Assembly: GCF_001194135.2 (NCBI RefSeq)
Contig: NC_068981.1
Coordinates: 48,983,531-49,047,530 of the forward strand
Length of the DNA: 64,000 bases
Direction: 5' to 3'
Source of the DNA: Octopus bimaculoides
Lineage: Eukaryota
In this document: positions 1 through 14,491 of the stretch, piece by piece
How the letters are laid out: each line of letters begins with the position of its first letter
How positions within the stretch are numbered: position 1 is the stretch's first letter
Notes under the pieces: model-generated
What the model saw: the letters and a program-made list of their open reading frames with translations, nothing else
What the model was told of the DNA's origin: nothing
Database searches by the model: none
Position numbers and translations under genes: made by a program

Positions 1-680
1 ACCATTATTTCAGGCAAATCTAGTTGGTTTCTTTGAATGAGTGCTAAACCAGGATGAGTGTTGGGTTAATCACTTTTAGTCAGAGTGACAGATACAATCC
101 ATGCAGTATAAAAAACTCTCCTAACCTGTTCCTATATAACCAAGGTGGTTTCATCTGTAGGAAGGACATGATCTTAATTTTGGGGGAGGCAAAAAGCATT
201 ATGTCTACTGAGAATCTTCAAAATGGTCACACAATCAATGGAGAGGACTGTGTCAACTTGTTTTGGCAGTTAGGAAAGGCTACCAGGACCATGCGTCAGG
301 AAAACTGAGGAAAGGAGTCTTGTTTCATCAAAACAATTCTCCAGTGCACAAGTATTTGGTTTCAGTGGCTATGTGCTTGAATATGCCATTGTACTGGCTA
401 ATCAGACTCCTGATTAGTTCAATTTTATTATCATTTATTACACAACACGAAAAAAAACAAAAAAACACTTAGCTTCAAATGAGTATTGCAGTGAGGATGG
501 GCGTCATATCTAATGTTGATAACACTTTGAAGGAACAGGATGAAATCCTGTTCGACAATGGGATCCAAGCACTCTGACTCCGATTGAAGAAGTGCATTGA
601 CCACAATGGGAAAATAAACGAAAATTAGTGACATAACGTGAGAGTAACTTCGTCAGCGTATGAATGTTTCAGCTGACGTA
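1..680 (+). mobile_element. Decayed mariner (Tc1/mariner, DD34D-type) transposon, 3' half with catalytic-domain remnants and probable 3' terminus
   Basis: Manual translation across stops and frameshifts gives QDECWVNHF*SE, QSMQYK, QNGHTINGED, RKGVLFHQNNSPVHK (cf. HQDNAPxH), TPD*..YHLLHNTKK..LA, and NGIQAL*LRLKKCIDHNG (cf. GIxxLxxRWxKCxxxxG). It ends in ...GAATGTTTCAGCTGACGTA near 680, resembling a mariner 3' TIR plus TA. Confidence 0.85.
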
Positions 681-749
681 CATATGCACACACGCACATA
701 TATATACACAACACAGACACACACACGTATCTAATTATGTGAATGTGTA

Positions 750-752
750 TGT

Positions 753-813
<61 letters not shown>

Positions 814-959
814 NNNNNNNNNNNNNNNNNNNNNNNNNNNNNNNNNNNNNNNNNNNNNNNNNNNNNNNNNNNNNNNNNNNNNNNNNNNNNNNNNNNNNNN
901 NNNNNNNNNNNNNNNNNNNNNNNNNNNNNNNNNNNNNNNNNNNNNNNNNNNNNNNNNNN

Positions 960-991
<32 letters not shown>

Positions 992-1022
992 CATATATAG
1001 GTAGATAGATAGATAGATAGAT

Positions 1023-1069
<47 letters not shown>

Positions 1070-1072
1070 TAC
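750..1072. repeat. (AT)n / gap / (GATA)n microsatellite block
   Basis: Directly visible; explains the YIYI and LSIY ORFs. Confidence 0.95.
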
Positions 1073-2200
1073 ACACGTTATGTATTCTCATACATTGAAG
1101 TTTATGTGCGATTTGACATACTAGTGTGCTTTCGCGCGCGTTTATATGTGCATATGCATACGTTTGTATATTTAAATATGTTTCACGTAAACAAATTTTT
1201 ATGGGTCCATTTATTTGAATTGTTTGAATGTTTCAGTTATTTCGACATGATTGTAGTTATATCGTTAGGTGTTCAACATTCAGCTATAAATGTCATATTG
1301 GCAGCTTATCTTTCATTTCTAATGCACTACGACAAATTTATTGGTTTATTTGCGTAGAATGTTATGGAAAGTGATGTCGAATTGTGACGTAAATGAAATA
1401 TAGCGAGTCAGAATTAGGAAGTATAAAATTCCTTTCTTAAGATATTTGAATCAAGACTTTCTTCTCGAAATATTTGACATCTAACAACATAGAAATGATG
1501 TTGTAGCTGAAATCGCAAAATATTTTCTTATGGATTACTTTGAAATATCAGAAATGATCTATATTTAAGGTGTTATAGACAGCAGATACGAGCTCGATCG
1601 AAATGATGATACATCAACAATGAATGCAGACCAGGTAAAGTTATGAAAATCAGTACATGCAACAAATACGTCGTTAAGTTCATATGTCAATTGCTACTTA
1701 AATCAGTACTTTGATATGACCATGGTCAGGATTGTTTAAACAAACTATAAAAACTGCAAGTAAATAAATTACGAGACTCAGTCCGCAGGCACAACGACCA
1801 ATTTCTGGCTAAAGATGAGGCAAAAGAGCATAAACAGGCAAATTACAACACATAAATACAATCTATAAAATGAATGAAGCAATATTTTCTGCTGTTTGTA
1901 AATCTAAACCTACATACATATAAACACATGTACGAACACATATTCATGCATTCATGCCTACATGAACACACACCCTGACACATACACAAATACACACACA
2001 CATAATGTGGGAGGGAGTGTGTGTAAGATAGATTGAGCATGTATGTGAGACACAGAGTGACAGACAGATTATGGAATGAGAGACTGGGATATTAGCATTG
2101 TACTCAATGCGAAGACGAGTTTTACTTATGACTGTAGGAGATAAATCATATCGATCTTCGGACGGTATATATGCATACATAAAACACGCACACACACACA

Positions 2201-2276
<76 letters not shown>

Positions 2277-2355
2277 CCGGAGTAAGCACTTTTTGTTATA
2301 TTGCTGCTTTTAAATAAAGTATATATATTTATATATATATATATACATAGACACA

Positions 2356-2770
2356 AGGGAGGCTATGTGGTAAGATGCTTTCTTCCTAACCACATAGCTC
2401 CGGGTTCAGTTCCACTGAGTGGCACCAAGGTCATGAGTCTTCTACTATAGCCTTGGGCCGACCAAAGCCTTTTGAATGTATTTGGTAGACGGAAACTGAA
2501 AGAAGCTTTTTGTGTTTATATATGTATACATCTATGTGTGTGTGCCTTTTTGTCTCTGTTCGCCCCCCCCCCCAACGTCACCACATGAAAACCAGTGTTG
2601 GTGTGATTGTGTCCCAATATCTTAGGTGTTCGACAAAAAGAGACCGATAGAATTAATAGCAGAATTGAAATGAGATAAGTTTTGAGGTCGATTCATTCGA
2701 ATAAAAACATTTCAAAGGGGTGCTGCACCATGTCTGCAGTCAAACGACTGAAACACGCGAAAGAAAAAGA
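2356..2770 (+). mobile_element. tRNA-derived SINE (family A: ...GGTAGACGGAAACTGAAAGAAGC core, internal microsatellite, ...AAATGACTGAAAC 3' part)
   Basis: A-box-like GGCTATGTGGTAAG and B-box-like GGGTTCAGTTCC. Homologous to copies at 37647, 38725 and 44112 in this window. Confidence 0.85.
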
Positions 2771-2792
2771 AAACGATGAATACAAGAATATT

Positions 2793-2799
<7 letters not shown>

Positions 2800-2823
<24 letters not shown>

Positions 2824-2866
2824 GTGTGTGTATGTGTGTGGGTGTGTGTGTGTGTGTGTGTGTGTC

Positions 2867-2898
<32 letters not shown>

Positions 2899-2934
2899 CA
2901 TATATATACATACACACAGACATGCATATGTGTA

Positions 2935-2976
<42 letters not shown>

Positions 2977-2985
2977 TTTGTGTGC
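2800..2985. repeat. (TG)n/(TA)n microsatellite
   Basis: Directly visible. Confidence 0.95.
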
Positions 2986-4318
2986 GTGTACGTAGTAATT
3001 TATCTTTATGTATATAACCACTTGCGTACTTATGCATATTTGAATCCTGTTCTGATAATCCGTCTCGGCTTTTCCTTTGTCAGCTCCACTAACTTCATTA
3101 CTCTTCTAATACATCCACAAAGGCACATGCCCACATAAATACACGAAGGTGCACGCGCACACATATACACACATACACTTCACATCAAACCTCACGTATA
3201 CAGAATGCTAATATTTTTTTTAATATTTTCTACACACTTCGATAAATCATGAAACGAAATTTGCGTGAGTGATTGGCTGCGTCTATGCATGCGCTTGTGC
3301 GCGTGTGTGTGTATGTGTGTGTCTGTATATCTATGTGCATTCAGTCTTTTGTACTCCGTCGGAATACATTGTGACTTTATTTTAAAATTCACTTTCGACT
3401 TATATAAATGCACACTAGAGAGCCGAAACATTACTTGACCTTCATAGAATAAATTGTGTTATTTGACTATATAGCTTTATATCCTGTAGTAAACTTATGC
3501 TTTGTGTAATATTGTGTTGTGTTGGGAAAGCCTGAACTGGGGATCGATCGAAATAATTATACATCCTTCCCACTAACTTTTAAATATTACTGGTCTGGTC
3601 TTGATTTGAGAAACCACCACTAATAGTGCTTTTACACGCAAGTCACGGTGTATTAATACGAGTATCTTCTTATAAAACTTCCAATTTTCTTTACGGTTTC
3701 CGGAAATGCAATATATATTGTAAACTTAATGAGATATGTTTTTTCTCATATAATATCACGTAATATCCTCTGCAAGTTTTGTGCTTAATGTCTTTCTCAA
3801 AATTATTCAGAAAGAAAGTGAACGCAACCTCCTTGTTATATTACATGACAAACTATCGGAATGTCACTCATTCTCAGATATATATTTGACCATAATGCCG
3901 TATTCATTACTGGTAGGATGGGGAACGACTACTCAGACAACCAACAAACACTATTCATGAATTTTTACTAAAACAAATGAAATGAAAATAAAATAACGTA
4001 ATAACATATTCAGTATAGGATGACGTAAACAAGTTATTATGCTATATTTTCCATGTTTTCCAACAATCAAATCTATTTTCATACCAAAAGCTGATGTGTA
4101 TTGTGAACGATTCACAATGCTTGCTATTTTGTGTAACCGAAGTTTAAATAAATATCATCTCAATGTAGTATCAAGAATGCTGCATTCATCCGACTCAGCC
4201 AAATGCACTGGCAGCAGATATNNNNNNNNNNNNNNNNNNNNNNNNNNNNNNNNNNNNNNNNNNNNNNNNNNNNNNNNNNNNNNNNNNNNNNNNNNNNNNN
4301 NNNNNNNNNNNNNNNNNN

Positions 4319-4378
<60 letters not shown>
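4319..4378. repeat. (TC)n microsatellite
   Basis: Directly visible beside a gap. Confidence 0.95.
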
Positions 4379-4379
<1 letters not shown>

Positions 4380-4972
4380 TATCTATTTATATCTATATCC
4401 ATGTATCTATCCATCTATTTATCCATCTACCCATCTATCTGTCTGCCTGTCTGTCTGTCTACCATCTCGTTTCTCTCATCCATCTCTGTTATGTATGTAT
4501 GTGTATGTGTGTGAACGCGTGTGCTTGTGTAATTGTACCACTGTGTTTGAGTATGTGTTTGTATATTGTGTAATACTCATTTTGTTTGTCCCTTTATTCA
4601 TGTTGATATTCTTGTCCAGAATTTGAACAAAATGTTATTTTTCCCTGTCATCTTTATAGCTAACGGCGTTTAATTTGTTTAATTTTGCCCCTCGTGTTAT
4701 TCATGCTGTTCATTGTTACCGTTCGTAACTCAGTCGTTTGAAGCATATCTACTATACTACACCATATAACAGACGCTCTTGGCTCTATCAATGTTTATGT
4801 CTATGTTATATTTCCAGGTTATTTTCAGAGGAATAAATATTTGCAAACAAGTACGAAAATATATCGAGGTTATCTGCACACGCCATTTTCATAAACTCGA
4901 CACTGTATCTCTCCGGCATACCGCCAGTTGCACGTTGAAGTTTTTTCAAAGTTATTATTTGTTGCTAAGTAA

Positions 4973-5006
<34 letters not shown>

Positions 5007-6003
5007 NNNNNNNNNNNNNNNNNNNNNNNNNNNNNNNNNNNNNNNNNNNNNNNNNNNNNNNNNNNNNNNNNNNNNNNNNNNNNNNNNNNNNNNNNNNNNN
5101 NNNNNNNNNNNNNNNNNNNNNNNNNNNNNNNNNNNNNNNNNNNNNNNNNNNNNNNNNNNNNNNNNNNNNNNNNNNNNNNNNNNNNNNNNNNNNNNNNNNN
5201 NNNNNNNNNNNNNNNNNNNNNNNNNNNNNNNNNNNNNNNNNNNNNNNNNNNNNNNNNNNNNNNNNNNNNNNNNNNNNNNNNNNNNNNNNNNNNNNNNNNN
5301 NNNNNNNNNNNNNNNNNNNNNNNNNNNNNNNNNNNNNNNNNNNNNNNNNNNNNNNNNNNNNNNNNNNNNNNNNNNNNNNNNNNNNNNNNNNNNNNNNNNN
5401 NNNNNNNNNNNNNNNNNNNNNNNNNNNNNNNNNNNNNNNNNNNNNNNNNNNNNNNNNNNNNNNNNNNNNNNNNNNNNNNNNNNNTATATATATATATATA
5501 TATATATATGATGATGATGATGATATATGATGTATATATATATCTATCTATATCTCTATATATCTATCTATCTATCCATCTATAGTAATGACCTTAATAT
5601 TATTAAATATATTTAAAGGGAATAAATAATAAATTTCCCTTTATGAGGTTTTTCACACTAACTAGTTGACAAATTCTTATAAATATTTTATTCTATATTT
5701 TAATTATATATATATAATTTGCTGTACCGTAACATCAGCCAAAAATTATCCCCATCCAGTGAGATATAAATATCATTTAATGCACACAATACAATACTTT
5801 AGTTACTCGTATTTTCGTGCATTGGAAATGCAGGTCTAGACAGGATTTTATAACACGCCTTTGAGCACCTGTTTTATTCAATTTCCAAACCAGTACGTTC
5901 AATAGTTCATGTGCTCAGAATCCGATCATTTCTTGGACACACACGGCGTGTGATTTTATACACTGTATTTTATATTATTTATAGGTGTGTGTGTGTGTAT
6001 GTG

Positions 6004-6047
<44 letters not shown>

Positions 6048-6456
6048 TGTGTGTGTATGTGCGAGAGAGAGAGAGAGAGAGAGTGTGTATAGATCATAAA
6101 ACGTCAAGTGTCAGGAGAGATGAATGTAGTTATTTAAGCATTTGATATACTTAAGATTATGGCTGTTTTGCAAACTTTATCACGTAAAAATATTTCCATT
6201 ATATAATAAATTATTTTACATTTCTTCACCAATCTTAATGATATCAATTGGTTAAATAAATCCATTTACCTTCCATACCTTCAGACCTTTTGCGGTTTAT
6301 ATATTCCCCATGAAATGATTTCATCGATTTGGTTTCATGGATTTCAGTTGCATACGACTCTGCATTATACTCATCCGTGTTGGATTATTATGAGGTATGA
6401 TAGCCGATGCCACATGTGAAGATTTTTTTGATAGCCACAAGATTCTATGAGTTCAT

Positions 6457-6459
<3 letters not shown>

Positions 6460-6530
<71 letters not shown>
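6460..6530. repeat. (TC)n microsatellite
   Basis: Directly visible. Confidence 0.95.
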
Positions 6531-6535
<5 letters not shown>

Positions 6536-9124
6536 TCTCTTTCTCTTTCCCCACACGCACCCGCTCACACATACACACACAGACATGGTTAAAGCACGAG
6601 TCGCCTGTAGAGGCTATTCACTTTTAAGTCATTTCTTCCACTCTCCGCTCACAGCTGTTTTTCCGTCCTGTTTTGTAAACACCCCTTTTGCTAATGTTGG
6701 TTTAGGGCGCTGTTATACGTTCATCAACTGGTCTTTCCTTAAAAATAAACAATATTATCATAACTTTAAAATGTTATATATCAGAATTAACAAATCGGCG
6801 GAATAAATCATTTTTTACAGTTTATTATTTGATTGGCAATATTGTTGATGTGAATTCATGTGAAGATTTATCTTGCTACGTCTTGGGAGGATCATAACGC
6901 TAATAATAATAAGCAAATGCACAGCCCCACCCCCAATATTTTTATTGTTGATGCACACATCGAGGCACGAGCAAGCACATGCATAGACAGAAACACAAGT
7001 CCACACTAGCACACATGCACCCACGCACACGCACGTGCAAAGATAAGCACATACACGCACAAAGTGTACAGGCACACACGCGCATATATGCATACTTGCG
7101 CAGGAACACATACATGCGCACAAGTAAGCACACACGCAGACATACAACCCGGCGCTTATTAAAAAGACAGGGTACACCACATGGACATGCCTATGCGTAC
7201 GCACACACACTGGAACATATTTAAGTACGCACACAAATTCACACATTCAAGTAAGCACACAAATTCACACATTCAAGTAAGCACACATATTCACACACAC
7301 ATACGAACAAATACACTCACTCACAGAATGGACTTAACCACGCAAACACGGACACTAGGCCACACACTTGAGCACACATGCATACATGCTCACACACATC
7401 CATACCTGCACACGCGGAAGTGTACACAAACACACAGATACACACGTGTGCTCGCAGTTGCACACACGCACACGTCTATAATGTCCATTCCCTCATCCGT
7501 CACGTAAGAAATCTCATCCATAAATCTTAACGAGATGACAAGTAAAATCTAACAGATCTGTGACGGAACTGATTTTGAACAAAAAGACTGAAATATTAAA
7601 GAGATCAGAAACGCACAAACACTCCTACAGGCAACAATGTGAGCGTACACAAGCAAAAACACACTCACGTGCACATTCTAAATTTAAATTAATTTTGCAA
7701 ATTTTCTTTGAAGCCTCTCTATGACTAAGGTTATTTCTTGGCTCCCGATGACAAAAAGCTGACATTAGCTGCGTGGTAAGAATATCAACTACGGCTTTAT
7801 CGTGATAGATATCCAGTTTGGAAGTATTTATAGGTAAGGTGACTCAGCAGAAAGCATATCTGCGAGAAATTGATTAAGCTTAAAAATCGTATTGAATTTG
7901 GGAGACATCTAGCACATTGAATTTATCGATAAGTGAAAAAAATCGTTTGAATTTATTAATTTTAAATATAAGTGATGCTGTGTTTGATACAGGTACATGT
8001 AATATTCTTGTCGTTTCAGTCAAGTATGAAATCGAACCGTTTATTTTCGAGTGTGGTTTAACGAATGAGACAGTGTCCATATTCGCTTCTATATACTCGT
8101 GAATAAAATTTATGATAAAATAATATAAGAAGTCATGAATCATCATTAATGAAATACAGTTCAAATATTTACCACTTTGCACTCGATTAACGATTAATTA
8201 CAAATGCACCTATGAATTTGTAATAAAGTACTTTAGGTGTTTCGGAATATAAACTATATAAGATTTGAATTTCATTGTTACGTCGATTTCTTTGACTACC
8301 TACGTAGCAAAAATATTTGCGTTATATTTTTGAAACAATACGATGCTACACACAAATCATTATGTACATTTCTTGCTCTTCTGTTTAGTACAAAGCGAAA
8401 ATTCAAGTGGGTGTGTTTCGACATCCATGAGAGAAAATACAAAGATTGTTGCTCACTTTCTGTTAGGTGGTGCTTTTTAATATATTTTGATTTTACAATT
8501 TGTTCAGAAATTAATTATTACTTAATTATAATGTTATCATTAAAATAAATGCTTGCAATGAAAATTATATTTTACGTGTTAATTAAAGCACTGACCTTTG
8601 TGAATATTTGCATACCTGCAGTTAACGGAATTATTCAACTCGTGAGTAATTAATAACTCATCATTGTAATTCCCAAATCGTAAAAACAAAACAAACAGAT
8701 ACAATTACATTTAATTTTGTGGGTTTCGAGCGATGAAATAACAAAAACAAAGCTCTTAATAATTAATTGATTGGTTAAAATCAAGGAAAAAAATATTGGG
8801 AATAATGTCATGAATATATAATTATAAGCTTCAGATTATATAAACATACACATTACATCTCTTTATTAAAAGTCCTGTACTCAAGTGGTAGTTAGAATAT
8901 GTCTTGTTCAATCAGTAGTGCGCCTGGTGGATCGTACTTTACTACAAAATACTGAACGTGACATGTGCCACATTATAAACGGTGCGTTATATACTACCAT
9001 AATTGCTATAGATATATTCTATATTTGTAAATTGGTTGCACACACACATACATAATTACACCATAAATCATGTTCAAATTAATGTTAGAATTTTATAAAA
9101 CTCCACGTTAGACATATGTGCAAC

Positions 9125-9176
9125 TATCAATAGAGTGAAAAATATAGCCAACTATAGAAATTTCACTCTATTGATA
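9125..9176. other. Hairpin: 16-bp perfect arms plus inner 5-bp stem
   Basis: TATCAATAGAGTGAAA (9125-9140) and TTTCACTCTATTGATA (9161-9176) are exact reverse complements; inner TATAG/CTATA. Confidence 0.8.
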
Positions 9177-12100
9177 CCAAAACTGGAATGAAAGTTCCGT
9201 ACACATATAGAGAGCATCATGAAAGTTTTCCGTTCGTTTACTTGACCATTTTACTTTTCTCTGATCCAGACTGTGTATCGCACGTTTATTATATCTTGTT
9301 GATATATGTCCTGTAATATGAAATCCAAGAAATAGTTTTCAGTAACGTTGGAGAAAAAGGTTTAACATCTATAATTATTTGACATTATATACCAGGCCCT
9401 AATACAACTTATTGCTTCTATATGATTGACTGCTGGGATACGCAGCATAAGCTGCAGCGCTATTGATAAAAACTGTTTTCCATTGGGAAGCAGTTGCTCT
9501 CACGTCGTTGAATTTTGCAATTTAACAAGCAAATTACTTTGTCTTAGAATTTAATATATTCTCTTACGGATAATTAATTCAATCTTTTGCCTTAAGCACA
9601 TTGCAGATTTATTGTCTTATATGTGATTAACTCTTTCTATAGTGTTATATGATTTATGGAGATATTAAACAGCCTGAAACAAACCAACATACGATAAATG
9701 GTAGTCTGACCTCATCATAATGGGATTTCTTAAATGCATTTACTTAAAGATTGTTACCCAATAAGCTTTGATATAAAATAAAAAAAAGGGATCTTATCAC
9801 AGACGGCAAAATTGAAGCTTCTAGTAGACGTTTCTATTTGTCCTTTGGCAGTGAGCAATGTACGAATGCTCTAATTCTGGTACAATTTTGTATATACCAG
9901 TAATGTCGTTTTCTCAGATGTTGCCTGGTACGATACAAATAGCAGTTTTTCTTCAGCAACGTAGAATAATTTAGAATTGAAAGTCTAGAATTCAAATTCA
10001 AGAATTTAACGCCACAGCGATTAATGGTTATAACAGATGCATGACTTAATTCACGTGGAGACAATAGTCTGATTTCGAACGTTTATAACCTGTCGGCCTT
10101 TGCTTAAACTAGTAGCCTTTTGTTAATTTCTTCTTTAAGCACACGTAGAATACATATGCACATTAATACATATGAATCCCTGTTTTTATTCTTTGAATCT
10201 TTCACTCTTTTCTGACTGATATATCAGTGTTGCATCATCTTTGAGGCTTTTGAGATAGTCTTATCGACCACTATTGGTAATTTAGTAATTATTTTATATT
10301 CATATATTTATTGAAAAATTAATTTATGTTTCAGCAAACATAATTAAGATTTTAGGAATATTTGACACACATGAATTTTAGCTTAAACTAATGACTGTAA
10401 ATGTAGACAGCGCAAGAAATGATATATTTAACATAAGTGTAGTGGTTAGAGACAAATTTGTCCTCCTTGCGCACATCGCATTAAATCACGGGAAATATAT
10501 CTACATGCATACATGCATAAATACACCTAAGTACATACACACGTATAACTCTATGTAGTCTGATCTATGCATATGCATTTATATATAGTGATTGATTTCG
10601 TGTTCGGTTACGTGGTAGGCTGCTTATATAATCATTGATTTCTCCTGATGAACATTCAGATTCATAACGCTGCATTTGAGAGTTCACTAGATTGGATCTA
10701 ACAGCTTAAATAACAGACTAATTCTACCATAAACCACGATGAAAAAAAAACTATGTTCTGTTGTATGTATCTTCCTCTAATGCTATACGCAGATTCAATA
10801 TAAATTTTTAAAATGTGTTTATTTTTGTGTTCGAATGCATTTACGTGCGTGTGTATATCATAGATCAAAGGCAGTTCGCGGACCCATTTCAATCATGTAC
10901 CACAAAATTGATCTAACCATCCAAAATATTTTCCATCTATATATTTACACAAAATATATGAGATTTATTTATATAAACGAGCAAATACACATGTACACGT
11001 ATAAACGCGCAGATACTTGCATTTCATCACATGTAGGTACATACATGCACGCACGAATATCTAGATTAATGTACACGTACACATTTTATACATATACTGC
11101 GCATGGGCATATGCACAGATTTCCATATATACGCGCATATATAAAACATACATATAATCATAATTATGTGTGTATGTGTTAAACACACGCAAACACTATA
11201 TATATTTTCTTACCGTTTTTAGCCATGTTTTCGTATATGTATAAATACATACAAACATACATACATGTATTTATATGCAATTGCCTCCATGCTCTTAAAT
11301 TTTATTGAATTTTCAGTTCGTTTTATGTATACGAAGCAAAGTTTTCATTTTAAAATTATGTGTGTACACACACTTGAAGCTTGGAGAAAAATGGTGGCAA
11401 CAGATAAAAACTTAAATTATCTAGAAACTATACTAGTAATACAGTTAACTTACCCATGGTTTAACACTGAGTGCAATGAGTGATGTTATGAGACAACATA
11501 AGAGTCATGGTTATATTTTCAAATGAATTGAAGGGACAATGAAGGAATTGAGTAGATAAATAGAGCAGATTACTGTTGCAAGTTAGAGTGTTAATAAGAA
11601 ACGAAAGATCAAAAGTCAAATTCAGTTGGACACAGAAACATTAGAAGGTAAAATATAGTCCATGAAAGAAAAAGAAGCAAATGAAACGTTGAGAAATGTA
11701 CCTGTAGTATGCGTACAGAAATGTGCACTTATCATTGCTTTTTCAGCAATTCACACTCACACAAACGTTTAATGCATGTGTTTCTCCGTGCTTGAATGTG
11801 TATGTGCACGTATATTCGGTCTCCTTGCTAATTCATGTACATCTATTTAGCTACTGTGTATGAATAATGCACATTCATAAATACATACGTATATCTTACG
11901 TGTTTGTGTGAGCATGTGCGAATATGGTTTAACCAAACTAAGACACAGTGCGATACTTAATAGAAATATGCGAAAAATGCACATAAAATCTGTGAGAGAA
12001 AGAAATATGATATATTAAAATACATGGGTTCGTATATATGCATGTTTTTGTAATGTGGAAAAGTCAAACAAAATGTTGCACAAGAAACTATGAGCAGAAT

Positions 12101-12403
12101 GACTTGCTATTATTCTTTATGTAAAGGTCATTGCTAAGCGACCAGAACTGCAATGAGAGGAAGAGTAAATGTGAACATCCCGTATTATAATGATTGCTAA
12201 AATTCATATTGGTATTACGCCGCGAAAAAAAGTTACTGACAAACCAATAAATAAGGAAGGTGGATTAAATCAAAATAAAATTAGCAGAGATTCAATCAAA
12301 TTAAGCAGTACATATGTGTGTCAGTGTGTGCCTGTGCCTGCGTGTGTGTGTGTGTGTGTGCGTATTTCTATGTATATTTCCGTGTGCCTGCGTGCATGTG
12401 TGT

Positions 12404-12439
<36 letters not shown>

Positions 12440-12560
12440 CAAAGTTTAAAACAGCGAAACATACATATATTAATTTAATGAAAGACAATTAAATGATTTT
12501 GTTATCTCTCCATTTAGTATTCACCTTCGTATGGCAGCGTAGCTCTTTCTTTGTTCACCA

Positions 12561-13320
12561 TATAATAATAAGACAACATTGTAAATATAATAATAAGACA
12601 ACATTGTAAATATAATAATAAGACAACATTGTAAATATAATAATAAGACAACATTGTAAATATAATAATAAGACAACATTGTAAATATAATAATAAGACA
12701 ACANNNNNNNNNNNNNNNNNNNNNNNNNNNNNNNNNNNNNNNNNNNNNNNNNNNNNNNNNNNNNNNNNNNNNNNNNNNNNNNNNNNNNNNNNNNNNNNNN
12801 NNNNNNNNNNNNNNNNNNNNNNNNNNNNNNNNNNNNNNNNNNNNNNNNNNNNNNNNNNNNNNNNNNNNNNNNNNNNNNNNNNNNNNNNNNNNNNNNNNNN
12901 NNNNNNNNNNNNNNNNNNNNNNNNNNNNNNNNNNNNNNNNNNNNNNNNNNNNNNNNNNNNNNNNNNNNNNNNNNNNNNNNNNNNNNNNNNNNNNNNNNNN
13001 NNNNNNNNNNNNNNNNNNNNNNNNNNNNNNNNNNNNNNNNNNNNNNNNNNNNNNNNNNNNNNNNNNNNNNNNNNNNNNNNNNNNNNNNNNNNNNNNNNNN
13101 NNNNNNNNNNNNNNNNNNNNNNNNNNNNNNNNNNNNNNNNNNNNNNNNNNNNNNNNNNNNNNNNNNNNNNNNNNNNNNNNNCAACATTGTAAATATAATA
13201 ATAAGACAACATTGTAAATATAATAATAAGACAACATTGTAAATATAATAATAAGACAACATTGTAAATATAATAATAAGACAACATTGTAAATATAATA
13301 ATAAGACAACATTGTAAATA
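12561..13320. repeat. 25-bp minisatellite (TAATAATAAGACAACATTGTAAATA)n spanning a gap
   Basis: Period 25 (AGACAACATT at 12571, 12596, 12621...). About 5-6 identical units are visible on each side of the gap. Confidence 0.95.
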
Positions 13321-14422
13321 TCCCAGCTCAACGCGACGTTTTTAATAAATAACCACATTAAACAAATTGACCGTGAATTACCTACTAAGATTTTCCACGT
13401 TACTAAAATGAATTTTCAACTTGTCTCTTCTTAATGGGTCTACTATCTTTAACTTGCAAAATAACAGCAATAAATTCATTCAATGTATTACATATGATGT
13501 TACGAATAACAGCACTGCATTGCTGATGTCTATTTGTTTGAGTTTTCTTTGTTTTTATTAATAACTACCTTATTGTTATAATTTTATTATATCCTTCTTT
13601 TACTAGTTACATGAGTGAACAATAATATACTGCGATCAATACTACTTCAACAACCTTTGTCTAGTCATTATTTGGTGAATTGTATGATATTTTCGGTTAA
13701 TCTTTTTCAGAAGGAAAATAAAAATGAAGCAGAAATCTTAAATAACTTCAAGAAAATATAATGTAATCTATTAAAGATTAATTACTTGCTTAGGGAAGAA
13801 TGATAATTTCTTTCCAAACAAGAGGCTTCGTTGGACATTAACATCACCAGTACACTGCAGCCAAGTCAAGTGTGCTTGATCTACTGATAAAAATGTGCAC
13901 AAAGGAAAAAATGTCTACGAACAAATTTTAACCGAAACTGCGTAAGTTTAAAAGAAAAAAGAGTTAAGATAAAGAACTAAAGTCAATCGAAGCATCTGTT
14001 TGATTAGATACATTATGGTATGATGTGCTGAATGCAATTTGCAAAACATTCTTAGTTATTTGAAAATTTTTCGACTGGTTGGAGAATTAAAATTAAAATT
14101 AGCGGTGATTATTAACGTTCCTCTAATGAAAGGGTAGATATTTTTGTGATATTTAGAATTAACCATTCAAACAATTCTTATATCTAGAGAATAAAGTCAT
14201 GTTATTTGTTCGCAGGCAAGGGATACATAGTTTTGTCCTAGAAATAATCAGAAGAGTATACCTCCCTCAAAAATTTTGATTAGCTAGGAAATATATTTAC
14301 AGTTAGAAAAAAAAATATTATCCATTGTTTTAGCGTGATTTGCAAAAGTGTGTCCATATATATATATATATATATATATATGTTTTGCCAGATTTTTGAT
14401 GTGAAATCGTGTGTTGAAACAG

Positions 14423-14491
14423 ATGTTGTTGTACTTGGGGATGGTCATATTGCTAAACTGGCAATATGACCATCCCCAAGTACAACAACAT
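14423..14491. other. Perfect 31-bp inverted repeat with 7-nt spacer
   Basis: ATGTTGTTGTACTTGGGGATGGTCATATTGC - TAAACTG - GCAATATGACCATCCCCAAGTACAACAACAT. Confidence 0.95.

Noticed and set aside
12514-13358. 257-267 aa ORFs and a CRISPR-like look of the periodic repeat
   Set aside because: A head-to-tail 25-bp minisatellite with no spacers and no cas genes, in a eukaryotic context.
13822-13941. Strong GTAAGT donor at 13942 with an exon-like upstream segment
   Set aside because: All three frames from the plausible acceptors contain stops.
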